In this document: positions 37,008 through 50,520 of the stretch, in pieces | Numbering within the stretch: position 1 is the stretch's first letter | Layout: each line of letters starts with the position of its first letter | Assembly: GCA_038087875.1 (NCBI GenBank) | Contig: CM075988.1 | Coordinates: 26,166,001-26,230,000 of the forward strand | Source of the DNA: Malacoraja senta | Taxonomy: Eukaryota | Length of the DNA stretch: 64,000 nt | Direction: 5' to 3' | The notes under the pieces: model-generated | Seen by the model: the letters and a program-made list of their open reading frames with translations, nothing else | Databases searched by the model: none | What the model was told of the DNA's origin: nothing | Made by a program: the position numbers and the translations under genes

Positions 37008-39315
37008 TAAATGGGCCTAATTTGTTACTTTTGTTAAAATAAATAGAACCATTAACTGATTACATTTAATGTTGTGGTTATGCATTGTTGATTGTGCTTA
37101 CTCAAATAGAGTCAATCAGTGCAGTGAGCACCTGGATTTTAATCCACGGTGTGAAATCACAGAGCTTTGAAATCTTCACGTAGTCACTCACGTGACTCCG
37201 AAGTAAAATAGTAAGATTAAACGAGAACTTACCAGTTTGAAGTTTGATCTTTATTTTATGAGGAGTAACGTTGAGGGATTACGTGCCCTCCGCTCCCACC
37301 CTCATAAAAGGATCAAGCTGGTAGTTCTAAGTCTTTATGCATCTTACTATCATACTTCAGTAATTATCGTCTGTGATTGTCACTCCGCTGCTTTGAAAGA
37401 TTGACGCGTGTGCGGCTGGACGGGGTCTTCTTCACGTAATCCCTCAACGTTACTCCTCATAAAATAAAGATCAAACTTCAAACTGGTAAGTTCTCGTTTA
37501 ATCTTACTATTAACTGTGCACTATATTGGTCAATGATGAATGTGGACAGTTAAATCTTTGAAGGATCTCACTGGACGTATCATTTGGACTTTTACATTTA
37601 GAGCAATTCTATATCTTTTCAGAAGGAGGGAAAGCTGATGCCAGGCGGCTTCCCTGGGGTGAATACATCTTCTCACCAACCTGGATATGTATTCTTGGGA
37701 TGTGGGTACAATTAACAATGCTGATAGTTATTGCCTGTTCCTAGTTGCCATGATATGCCACTGGTGATGTGCTTCCTTCCTGAACTGCTGCAATGAACGT
37801 TTACCTTGTTGCAGGAAAGAACTGCAGATGCTGCTTTATACCGAAGAATTAAAATTCTCAAGATATAATAGCAATATTCAATTTCATTTTTTCTGGTTTG
37901 CTGGTCCAGATCTCTGGATTTCAACACATATAACATAGGCAATAGAGTGTTACACCTTTTGTGTTGGTCATGACTATGATCAAACTATGTATCCTACCAT
38001 TGATTCAAAGGCATAACTATGTTGGGACTGCAATCAATCTTGATAATACCCCCGTGACCACATATTCCTGCCTCCATATTTAGATATTTTTATTTTGACG
38101 ATTTCTATAACTTTTCAAAAGGTGAGAAAGATAGTGCCATGTTTATTGGTCAACATGGATTCCTCATCTCACTAAAAAGGATAATTGCTGAAATCAGTTG
38201 CAGGTAAAGTTGATGTTTAAGAATGCATCTTCCCAGCTGATAATACATTATAAAGGAATGTCATCTAGAAGGGTCTTGACCCGAAACGTCATCCATTCCT
38301 TCTCTCCAGAGATGCTGCCTGCCTGCTGAGTTACTCCAGCATTTTGTGGCTATCTTCGGTTTAAACCAGCATCTGTAGTTCCTTCCTACACTGTCGGTTT
38401 CTTTTTGCCAACATGGAAACGAAGTCTGAATTTATTGGAATGAAGATAACATTTCTCCTGTTTTCTTTCCATAATCCTGCTCTCTGGAGTTGGGAGGAAT
38501 TGGCTTTTCACCATCAAATCCCCTCCAAATCCATTCCAGTACGTTATCAAAGGCCTGTCTTCATGTGTGAGACCAGAGAGTGAGAAACAGCAGGCTCTTA
38601 GATATAAATACGTCTTGCAAGGAATCTTCGTCTTTCTGTTATCATACGCGCACACACAAATGCTCACCACATGAGCTCTCAGGAAAACTGAAGTGGTTTT
38701 GTTTTTTATATTTTAAAGTTATTCTTACCAAGAAACAGAGAAATGATTTTAGATCTGGACGATAATAGATCACCAATCAGGAACAAGGTCACAAAAATGA
38801 CAAGTGCTAATGAAGCATATGTGGCAGTCAGGCTGAGACAAGCCTTGCAATCTTCCTACTTGCAATTTATTACAAGACAGGGAGTGTTTGCAAATGGCAC
38901 AATGGTAATTGGTCCTTTCTCAATCTCACACACTGGAGATAAGAATGGAAAGAACCACCATTGTTCAGGAATGGTAGTTTCCCCATGCTGACTGGGGAAT
39001 TCCTGACCACGTGCACTGTGGTAAGATTGCGTGCTGAAAGAGGAATTGGTTGTTGCCAAGAGGAGGTTACTGTTTGCATAAAATTTATCCAGGAGACATA
39101 ATTTTTTGGTCACACTTCGCTGCGCTTTTTTGCTCCTTAAAATATTTCCTATTCTGCTGCTTTATCTGTGGACTAGTTTCTCAAGTGCATACTTCACACT
39201 TCCATCGTACAGCAATGTACCTGTTTCAGATAACTGGCTAATTGACCTTTGGCCATTATATCCATAAAACCCATTCATTACATCTTTGTCTACATCATCT
39301 CTGCTATGACTCCTT

Positions 39316-41028
39316 TAAAAACTTTTTTTAATTAAAAAAAAAAAAAATTCTATAGATAATAAAAGATAGAAAAACGTGTGATATATAGTGTGTGAAAAGA
39401 AAAAAAGGATGAAAGAAGAAAAGTGAAGAAAAGAAGATAGAAAGAGAAAGAGTAGAAAGTAAGAGATTAAGGAGATTGTTATATATATTCTTGACCATCC
39501 CTCACCCAGTCGGCTTCTACGATTTAGTTGCACCATGTGCTTCCAAAAAGTCGACAAATGGAGACCAACTCGTTAAGAATTGGTCTGATTAATCTATTAG
39601 GAGGAATCGCATTTCCTCAAGATGTGCGGTGTCCAACATGTTTGAAATCCACATTTTAAGCGTTGGTGTGGGTGTATTTTTCCAAAATTTAATTATACGT
39701 TTTTTTGCCGTTATTAACCCATAATTAAAAAATAAATATTGAGATGAGTTCAATTTGTTCCCGTCTTCCATTACTCCAAATATAATCATTTCAGTATTAG
39801 GTTCCATTTTTATCTTGAATAATTTTGTAAATATTTCAAAAATATCACTCCAGAATTTATAAAGTTTTATGCAGGAAACAAAAGAGTGTGTTATAGTTGC
39901 ATTTTGGGATAGACATTTATCACAAATGGGGGAAGTATTTGGATAGAATTTATTCAATCTAGTTTTTGAATAATATAATCTATGTAAAATTTTAAATTAA
40001 ATTAAATTATGTCTTACATTAATCGAACATTTGTGTATATATATCAAATACTTTTCCCATGTTTCCTTCGTGATTTTTATTATTAATTCTCGTTCCCACT
40101 CTTCTCTAAGTGCCTCTGTCGATGGTAGTTCTATATTTAAAATACTATTATATAAGTATGATATTAATTTCTGTGAGTCAGCCTTAATATTCATTGCTTC
40201 TTCCATTGGGTCTAAAGTTATGTTTTGATATCTTTGTATGTATTTCTTCATGAAGTCGCAGATCTGAAGATATTTAAAATATTGGGTATTTTTCAGTTTA
40301 AATTTTAATTGTAATTGTTGGAATGATAACAGATTTCCCATTTCATACATATCACCGATCCTTTTAATTCCCATTCTTTCCCATTGATTATATGTTTTAT
40401 CAATAAGAGATGGTTTAAATGAAGGATTATTCACTATTGGCATTAACAATGATAGGTTTCTTAATTTTAAAGATAATTTTATTTGTTTCCAAATTCTTAT
40501 TGTATCATGTATAATTGGGTTATTCTTATATATTGTGTTGTTCAGTTTTATCGGGGAGAAGAGGATCGCTTCTATGTTACAAGGAGAACAATCCTCTTTC
40601 TCCATTCTTATCCATTCTGTCTGTTGGGTAGGACTGTCCAACCAATAAATTATATTCTTAATATGCACTGCCCCATAATAATACAAAAAGTTCGGAAGTG
40701 AAACTCCCCCAACGTCTTTTGGTTTGCACAAATGTTTTCTTTGAATTCTGTGTGATCCATAGTCCCAAATAAAATTGGTAATATTAGAGTCTAGTTTTTT
40801 GAAAAAGTTTTTGCGTATATATAATGGTATAGATTGAAATAGGTATAATATTTGTGGTAAAAAGATAATTTTTATAGCGTTTATTCTGCCTATTAATGAT
40901 AACGGAAGTGTTTTCCAGAATTTAATCAACGCGTTGAGTTTATTTAATAAAGGCATAAAATTAGCATTAAATAATGCTTTGTATTTTCTAGTAATTTGAA
41001 TACCCAAATACTTAAATTTTTCTGTTGC
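39316..41028 (-). mobile_element. L1 fragment (subfamily B), ORF2 C-terminus plus 3' UTR
   Basis: ORFs 39997-41007 and 39589-39957 are homologous to 8010-9941. Confidence 0.9.
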
Positions 41029-41029
41029 A

Positions 41030-43961
41030 ATTTTATTTTTATTTTATTTTTTTAATTTTTTATTTATTAGTACATTACATTACAACCAATTACATTAGTA
41101 CTCATCACGTATATCTTATTACAATTAATGTACTCCGTCATTTTTTACACTGATAAAAAAGAAAGGTTGAGATTAAGAAAAAAGAGAAAGTGAAGGAAAA
41201 TAGTGAAGGTGTAAAAACGTGACAACAAGAAAGAACAGAGACCCTGTAGAAAAGAAATTAAAAAGAAAGGATTAAGAGATAGACCCTAAAGAAGGAAGAA
41301 AAGAGAAAGAGGAAAAAAGAGAAAAACAAATACTTTGTTATAAGCATCACGCAAATGGGATATACCAACTCTCCAGCTTTCATCCCCCCTCTACCTGACC
41401 TCAGTTTTTTTTTAAAGTACTTTTGCACCCTATACTTGTAATAATTCTATAAATGCAGACCACGTCAGGTGGAAGTGGTCTGGTTTACCTGCCAGGAGGA
41501 GTCTTATCTCTTCTAGGTGTAATGTTTCAAACATATTTGAAATCCACATGTTTATAGTTGGTATTGGAGCTTTTTTCCAGAATTTTAGGATTAACTTTTT
41601 TTCCAGTTATTAACCCATAATCTATTAATTTCTTTTGAAACACATTTAGTTCAGGACTATCTTCCGTTGTTCTGAAGATAATCCATTCTGCTTTTGGTAT
41701 CAGTTTTATTTTTAAAAATTTTGTAAAGATTTCAAAAATTTCAATCCAAAATTTTTGCATTTTTGTACAAAGAACAAATGAGTGCGCTATAGTAGCTTCT
41801 TGAGATTGACATTTATCAGAAATGCATGATACATTTGGGAAATTTTTATTAATATTAGTTTTTGAATAATATAATCTATGTAAAATTTTAAATTGTATTA
41901 AAGTGTGTCTTACATTAATCGAACATTTATGCACGTTTAATAAATGTTCATTCCACCTTTCCTTTTAGATTTTAATAGCTAATTCTTGTTCCCAGTCTCT
42001 TCTAATACCTTCCATAGATGATATTTCTACATTTAAGATAATATTATACAAATATGATATTAAGTTTGCTGATTCAGCTTTTATCTGCATTGCTTCATCC
42101 AATACATCTGCTGGGATATTATAATGATCTTTTGTATTTTTTTTTCAAATAGTCACATATTTGAAAATATTTAAAATATTGATTATTTCCCAGTTTATAT
42201 TTTATTTGTAATTGTTGGAATGATAGTAATTTTGCAGTTTCATACAAGTCACCGAACGTTTTAATTCCTAGTCTATCCCATTGTATAAAAGATTTGTCTC
42301 TATTCAATTCAATTCAATTCAATTCAACTTTAATGTCATTGCACAAATACTGATTATGGGTACAACGAAATGCAGTTTTGCGTCAGTCCGTAGTATAGCA
42401 ATTATAGAATTTTTTTTTTTAAAAGAGGATACAGAATAATAAAAAAAATACAGAATAATAAACAATGGGGACGGAAGGACCGGAGGAATCTATCGGCGGG
42501 ACTCCGAGTTCAGCAATGCGACGGTATGATTGTAGAATAGAGGGATTAAACGAAGGGTTATTAACTATTGGAGATAAAAGCGATAGATTTCTTAATTTTA
42601 AATTTTGTTTTATTTGTTTCCAAGTTCTGACTGTACTATGTATAATTGGGTTTTTGTTATAATTTATGTTATTCAGTTTCATTGGTGAGAGGAGGATCGC
42701 TCCAATATTACCAGAGGAGCAGTCCACTCTCTCCATTACAATCCAGTCCACTTGCAGGGTAGAGTTGTCCATCAGTTGGATCATAGTTTTAATATTTACT
42801 GACCAATAATAATACATGAAGTTAGGGAGTGCTAAGCCCCCTAATACTTTAGCTTTGTTCAAGTGTGTTCTTTGTATTCTATGGGATTTATAATCCCATA
42901 TAAAATTAGTAATGTCTGAGTCCAATTTTTTGTTTTACTTCTTTGGTAGGTATATAGGAATCGATTGAAATAGGTATAAAATTTGTGGTAAGATCATTTT
43001 AATTGCATTTATTCGGCCTATTAAAGACATCGGAAGCGTTTTCCAAAATTTAATTAATGTATTTAATTTATTAAGTAGAGGATCATAATTTGCTTTGAAC
43101 ATGCCTTGGTATGTTCTGGTGATTTCAATACCCAAGTATTTAATTTTTTCTGTAGCTATTTTAAAAGGGAATTTTAAAAGATGTGTTGAGTCTTTCGGTT
43201 TTATTGACATAATTTCACTTTTATTCCAATTTATTCTGTATCCAGAAAAGGATCCAAAGTCCTCAATTAGATTTAATATGTTTGGTATAGTAATTTGAGG
43301 TTTTGTAATGTACAATAATATATCATCCGCGTATAAAGATATTTTATTATTTGAGTATTTAGTTTTATACCCATGGATATCTGGATATGTTCTAATTTTT
43401 TCTGCTAAAGGTTCAATTATGAGAGCAAACAACTGTGGTGATAATGAGGATCCTTGTCTGTTTCCCCTTGATAGTTGAAATTTCGAGGATAGTATGTTAT
43501 TAGTTAATATTCTAGCTGTAGGTTTATTATATAATAATTTAATCCATAAAATAAAATTCTCTCCCAGTTGGAATTTTTGTAATACTTTATCCATATAATT
43601 CCATTCTACTTGGTTAAATGCTTTTTCAGCGTCCAGCGAAATAATTGATAATTCTTGTTCTTCAATTTTCTGTGAGTGCATTGTATTGAGTAGATGTCTC
43701 ATATTATTGGATGAATATCTCTTAGGGATAAACCCCGTCTGATCTGGGTTTATTAATTTACTAATATATTTACTTAATCTTCCAGCTAATGTTTTCGCTA
43801 ATATTTTTAAATCTGTATTTAACAATGCTATAGCTCTATATGAACCCGGTTCTTCTATATCTTTGTCTTTTTAAAGTATTAGTGTGATCGTTGATTCAGC
43901 TAATGTATCAGGTAATATTTGTTTTTTAAAAGCATATTGATACATTTTTTGTAACCGCGGT
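41030..43961 (-). mobile_element. L1 fragment (subfamily A, close to 7578-9963) covering RT to 3' end
   Basis: LNTDLKILAK..DQTGFI..SLDAEKAF..YADD. A-rich tail at ~41030-41068. Confidence 0.92.
42304..42535 (-). mobile_element. Short LINE/SINE 3' tail with (GAATT)n inserted in L1
   Basis: Interrupts L1 sequence that is contiguous at 8870-8890. Has an (aattc)n run and a stem-loop tail motif. Confidence 0.7.
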
Positions 43962-44722
43962 ATAATTCCTATTCTTTCCCATTGATTATATGTTTTATCA
44001 ATAAGAGATGGTTTAAATGAAGGATTATTCACTATTGGCATTAACAATGATAGGTTTCTTAATTTTAAAGATAATTTTATTTGTTTCCAAATTCTTATTG
44101 TATCATGTATAATTGGGTTATTCTTATATATTGTGTTGTTCAGTTTTATCGGGGAGAAGAGGATCGCTCCTATGTTACAAGGAGAACAATCCTCTTTCTC
44201 TATTCTTATCCATTCTGTCTGTTGGGTAGGACTGTCCAACCAATAAATTATATTCTTAATATGCACTGCCCAATAATAATACAAAAAGTTCGGAAGTGAA
44301 AGTCCACCAACGTCTTTTGGTTTGCACAAATATTTTCTTTGAATTCTGTGTGATCTATAGTCCCAAATAAAATTGGTAAAATTAGAGTCTAGTTTTTTGA
44401 AATTTTTTTGGTATATATAATGGTATAGATTGAAATAGGTATAATATTTGTGGTAAAAAGATCATTTTTATAGCGTTTATTCTGCCTATTAATGATAACG
44501 GAAGTGTTTTCCAGAATTTAATCAACGCGTTGAGTTTATTTAATAAAGGCATAAAATTAGCATTAAATAATGCTTTGTATTTTCTAGTAATTTGAATACC
44601 CAAATACTTAAATTTTTCTGTTGCAATTTTAATAGGTGTGTAGATTCTTGTGGTTTTAACGTCATGATTTCACTTTTATTCCAATTTATTCTATATCCAG
44701 AAAAATAACCGAATTCCTCTAT
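43962..44722 (-). mobile_element. L1 internal fragment (subfamily B), near-duplicate of 40366-41028
   Basis: ORFs 43871-44329 and 44382-44603 are near-identical to parts of ORF 39997-41007. Confidence 0.88.
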
Positions 44723-45384
44723 GACTCCTTTCAGCCTTGATTCTGTCTGTTTTGTCATTCTTCTCCATGAAATGTTGGTTCAACGACGATGATAATTTTC
44801 ATTTGCATCTGGACTTGATCTTTGAAGGTTTGGGAATGATGCTATCAGATGGAAGGATTTGAAAAGCAATAGTGAATGCAGTATTGTCAGGTAAATAAAG
44901 CTATTGTATTTAACATAACATTAAAATTAGCTCAAAAAATTATTTCCATCAGTTAGCTCTGAGCACGGGATAGGGACATTGCTAGCCACAAATTATTGCT
45001 CATCCTTAACACATCTGAAACAATGCCTAGTCCTGGCCACCCCTAGTGATTCAGCACAGTCTGACAATCTTTTCTCCTTTTTCATCGCATTTTTATTTGT
45101 GTTGAAATAGTGTTTTTTTTTCCAATTTCCTTCTATGATTTTTCCTGTGCTTTGTTCACTATAGTGTTCAAGAAATTAACTTTAAATTCTAAGAGACTAC
45201 AGGACAATCCAGGATTGATAGGCCACACAACTCTGTTGCTGGTGATGCCCCTTTGCTTGAAACCTTTCCCGTTGACCATCCGGGATGGAAGTCATTTTTA
45301 TCAACTCTCTTTCCTGGTAAAAACATGCAGTTATACAGCATTTATTATATTTAATCATCACAAGATGTTTACAAGAGCACTGTA

Positions 45385-46460
45385 AGACTATAGGAACCAC
45401 TCTAGCCTATTTAGCTTCTCAACCTCATTCCACCATTTCATGGCTGTTCTCTAATCTAACTCCATATGGGCTCATTTGCCCAATATTCCTTAATACCTCT
45501 GTTTATCCAAATTTATCCCAAATTTTGCCATTCACTGCCTGATAAAGCTATCGACAAAATTGCTTCTGAAAGATTTGATCTGATTTTCAGACTAATGTAG
45601 CTTTCCCGATGAGTGGTGCAAAAAACTGCTCACAGACTCCAGGTATGGTGGAAGAAGTGTTTTGCACAAGTACAGAACAAATGTATTTTGACCCCAGTCC
45701 ACTAGTTATAAAAAGCAGCATTCCATAAACAGTTTTGATTATTTTCAGTATTGTCCATGACATTATGTGGACCCCGAGGTATATTTTAACTTCTATTTAA
45801 TCACACCTCTCACCATTTAGAAAGCATTCCGTTCTTTTCAGGTGCAAAATGGATGGACATATTTAATAGTATCCAAAATGTGTAGGAAGGAACTGCACAT
45901 GGTGGTTTAAATCACTGGTTAAAATGCTGGAGTAACTCAGCAGGACAGGTAGCATCTCCGGAGAGAAGGAATGGATGACTTTTCGGGTCCAGACCCTTCT
46001 TCAGACTTTGATTTTAATAGTTTCCAAATCTATTTGCTTCAGTCTTTCATGTTCACTCAATCGATTAATCTCTCTGGATTTAATGCCTGAATTTACATCG
46101 ATTTACAATGCCCCCTATCTCTTGTCACAAGCACAATTGGATATATAACTTGCTATTTAATCATCTAGGTCATTTATGGACATTTGAAAAATATAGAGCC
46201 CCAACACAGGTCACTACAGTCACATCAATCACATTCTGCCAATTTCAGTCATTGCCTATTATCCCCACTCAGCCAATTTTCCAGCCACTGCAATAAGTTC
46301 CCTTCAATTCAAAGAGCTTTGGTCAACAGTCTCTTCATCAAATGCCATACAGAAGTCCAAATGAATAACACCTGGAAATACTTACTGCCCACTATTTAGT
46401 TATCTCTCTAAAAACACTTGAATTCAGTGAGCTCGAACTCTCATTTGCAAATTTATACTC
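45385..46460 (-). mobile_element. Old decayed CR1 RT fragment
   Basis: Degenerate reverse-complement similarity to CR1 RT (tcatctaggtcattt, ttcatcaaatgcc..aagtcca). Confidence 0.5.
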
Positions 46461-46699
46461 GGCCTCGCAGATCTACACATATTTTTCAAGATTCTCACTC
46501 ACTCTGGTAATATTCCCCACAACGGATATTATGTAAATTTGTTGGTCATTTCCTAATTTTCATCATTCAGCCGTTTTAAAAAGTGGACCATTTTCCAGCT
46601 AAAGAAACTAAGGAAACTTTAGAAAATGATAGTTACAACTTTCCAATGTTCTCAGCTACATACTGTACTTTAAAACACTAGGATAGTGAATATCTCGTT

Positions 46700-48240
46700 T
46701 GTCATGGAATTCGTGGAAGGTTCCGTTAGATTAGACAAATGCAAATTTAACTATTTTATTCAAAAAGGGGGCCAGCAAACAGGAAATCAAAGATCAATTA
46801 ACTCAACATCTGTCTTGGGAAAAATATCTGAAGCTATTATTAGACATTAAAATAGGGCATTTACATAAATTCAAAGTAATCCGACAAAGTATCATGATTT
46901 TTGAAAAATAAATCACTTTTCAACAATTTATTTGTGTTATTTGAAAACATAACAGGCCATGGATACAGGAGAACCAGTAGGTGTATTGTGGGTAGATTTT
47001 TAGAAGGTATTTGATAAGGTTCACATCAAAGGTGATTGTGGGGTATCACGGTGCAGGATTGGACAAATTAGTGTAGATGGACCATTTAATAACTAACAGG
47101 ACTAACAGGAAACAGACAAGGCTCAAATGGGTCTTCCCTCGATTGGCAAGATGTAATGAGTGGTGTTCCACACACATTGGTGTTAGCACTTTATTTTTTT
47201 TATAATTTATGTCTCGGATGAAAAACAGTTGTTAAATTTGCTCATGAGACAAAGATAGGTAGCAAAATACATTGTAAAGTGGACCTATGGAGGCTACAAA
47301 GGAATGTTGATGGGTTATGTGTGAACAAAGATCTAGCATATGGTGTATATTGTGGGAAAATGTGAACTTATTCAAATATGCAGGAACAATATAAAGTAAT
47401 ACTACATGGTGAGAGAGTCCAGTGCCCAGAGGTACAGAAGGATCTGAGAGTTCTAGTGCGGAATTCACACGTAAAATGCAGGAGCAGAAAGTAACATGGA
47501 AAGCTGACAGAATATTATTAATGTAATATAGAATATTATCGTCTCTACATCGGCGAGACCAAGCGCAGGCTCGGAGATCGTTTCGCTGAACACCTCCGCT
47601 CAGTCCGTCGTAACCTATCTGATCTCCAGGTTGCTCAGCACTTCAACTCCCCCTCCCATTCCCAATCTAACCTTTCTGTCCTGGGCCTCCTCCATTGTCA
47701 GAGTGAGGCCCAATGCAAATTGGGGGAACAGCACCTCATATTTCACTTGGGTAGTTTACACCCCGGCGGTATGAACATTGACTTCTCTAACTTCAGATAG
47801 CCCTTTCTTTATCTCTCCATCCCCTTCCCCTTCCCAGTTCTCCCACTATTCTTAATGTCTCCGCCTACAATCTATTTTTGTCCCGCCCCCTCCCCGACAT
47901 CAGTCTGAAGAAGGGTCTCGACCCGAAACGGCACCCATTCCTTCCCTCCCAGAGAGCTGCCTCATCCGCTGAGTTACTCCAGCATTTTGTATCTACCTTC
48001 GATTTTAACCAGCATTTGGAGTTCTTCCTTACACAGAATATTATCAATTATTGCTATATGGAATTGAATGTAAAAGTGTGGAGCTTATACTTCAGTCAAA
48101 TTGGATGAGACCAAACCTAGAGAACTGCGTATTGTATCGATCTCCTTATTTAAGGGAGGATGATAACTCATTGGAAGCAGTTTAGGGAAGGATTTGATAG
48201 AATAATACCTGGAATGGAAGAGTTATTATGGGAGCATATA
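46700..48240 (+). mobile_element. Old decayed CR1 RT fragment
   Basis: Collinear degenerate match to 33240-34260 (gatttttagaaggtatttgataagg, agtggtgttcca). Confidence 0.65.
47541..48034 (+). mobile_element. Penelope 3' fragment (YIGETKRRLGDRFAEH) with 11-bp TSD
   Basis: Homologous to 16850-17310. TSD agaatattatc at 47530-47540 and 48035-48045. Confidence 0.88.
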
Positions 48241-50144
48241 AAGGAACAAGAATGGGACATGTTGGCTGGCGTGGGGAAGTTGGGCTGAAGGGCCTGTTTC
48301 CACGCTATATCACTCTATGACTAACTAATTGCAAACACAAAAATGTAGGAGAAGGGAAGCAGAAACATTGCGTTAGAGGAAACGATAGAAAAATTATTCC
48401 TTACTAGGAGTCTAGCTAATGAGAACCACTTTAGAGAGAAGGGTGCCTGCTGAATTTATAACCACATGGTCACAAGAGACAGCATTTGGAGTCATGAAAA
48501 TAATTTTAAAAATAGCTGCAATAAAAATGAACGCATTGTTGTATTGGTTTGTTAACTTGAAGTTAACACTGTGAAATAAGTTGAATGTTTCGGGGGAACA
48601 CTGCCTTCTACTGCGAGGTTTTGGATCCTCTTGCTGAACTCATGTTTCAGAGCAAACAGAACCTGACCCTTGGCTCTGAACCCTATTCACCCTCTCTGCA
48701 TTGTAAATGCAGTGGCTGGTTGGATTTCAGAGTGGTTGAAGCAAGGTGTTGGCTACTCTTGAAATACTCTCATGGAGAGGTCAATCCAGGAAGAAATCAG
48801 CATTAAACATGACAAATGCTCAGTTAATTCTAGTTCTGCTAATATCCTCCAGGTCCCCTGTAATCAGAGAAGGAACTCTCCAAACAAACTCTCACATTCC
48901 ACATAGCTAATACTGATTAAGTTACCTCTGGTCCTTTTATGAAAGTGTTGTCTGATGGAAATTGCTGACAAGCCAAATACATTGCTATGGTAACCCCAAT
49001 TTAGTCCCAAGCACTAAAATCACCGTACATGCAAAATTGTACCTCGTCCATGTATTTGCTGAAAAAAATCTCCTGCTATACAGCAACAAAGTATTATTCA
49101 AAAATGATTGTAGAATCTGCTATTTATCTTATTTTAATAAATACACAAAAAGGTTAAAATACATTTTCATACATTGCGAAACTATGAAGATTCCAAGCCC
49201 ATCAAGTGTTTATTGTCCACTTTATATTCATGAAACACAATTAGTAACATTTGAATTCTCATAAGTCACTAGTGAACACCATTCCTTCTTTAACAGTCAC
49301 TTGTACACACTGGTGTACAGTACACAATGGTGTACAAGTGAACACCCCTCTTTCTAGTCAATACCACTCCTTCTTTCCAATTTGTTTTCTCCTCACCTGA
49401 AGTCACAGCTCAAATGATGAACGAGTCTAGATGGGGAGTGCTGGCTGAATAAATCGATCATGAAGAAAAATGCAGCCAGTCTTGAACCTGTCATATGTGC
49501 ACATTCACGGTCATAGAAGTCACTTACCTGAAAGACCACTTCCAGCTGTTTGCTGGTAACCCCGTTTTGACTAGTCAACAGAGCGAATCAGTACAACCAC
49601 GAGCCATATTTCTCATCGGCCATCACTCAGTGGAGATCTCTCTCACCTCCATTCAAGAGGCCGTGGGTTTAATTGGTTTTCCAGATATCTAGGCTGAAAA
49701 TCCCAGTCCAATGCAAAGACAGCACTGCCTGTCAAGATATTAACTTCCAAATGCAATGTTAAATTAAGGCCTTGTCTGCGCTTTCAGACAGACATACAAA
49801 AAATTCCTACAGCACCATTTTTTGCCATATGAAATGCACTGCGTGGAAAAATAGTGGAAGCACATTTAACGGTAATTTTCAAAGGAATTTGAATGTAAAT
49901 TTGAATAGCATTAAATAAAAGACTTTTGGGAAAGTTGAGGGTACAAGGATTTCGGCCCATTTTGGTGATTTTTCCTAATTTTCCATCATGATGGCACAAT
50001 CAAACTGGGCAAAAAATGGCTTGCTGCTGTAGTCGATATGTCTCTAACACCAGTGGGTTTCTCCAGTGTCCTGGTCAATTAACCCCAAACAATAGAACTA
50101 AATTAAAAACATTATTTTTTTTGTGGGAATGGTTGCTCATAGTA

Positions 50145-50520
50145 CGTGAATCGAGGACCAGAGGACATAGGTTTAAGGTGAAGAGGAAAAGATTTAATAG
50201 GAATCTGAGGGATAACTTTTTCACACAGAGGGTGGTGGTTGTACAGAACAGGCTGCCAAAGGTGGTAGTTGAGACAGGGACTATCCCAACACTTAAGAAA
50301 CAGTTTGACAGGTACATGGACTGGACAGGTTTGAAGGGGTATGGACCAAATGTGGGCAGGTGGGACTAGTGTAGCTGGTACATGTAGCCGGTGTGGGCAA
50401 GTTGGGCCGTAGGGCCTGTTTCTACACTGTATCACTCTATGACTAGTGTAGCTGGGACATGTAGCCGGTGTGGGCAAGTTGGGCCGTAGGGCCTGTTTCC
50501 ACACTGTATCACTCTATGGC
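50145..50520 (+). mobile_element. CR1 3' fragment with tandem 77-bp duplication of its terminus
   Basis: ESRTRGHRFKV..FFTQRVV. 50364-50440 is repeated at 50441-50517. Confidence 0.8.

Larger units (their letters stand above)
28618..37511 (+). mobile_element. DIRS1-like tyrosine-recombinase retrotransposon, full termini, decayed ORFs
   Basis: Domain order gag-RT-RNaseH-MT-YR. The ICR at 37173-37285 is complementary to both ends. Short ITR at 28645-28674 vs 37406-37438. Confidence 0.93.
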
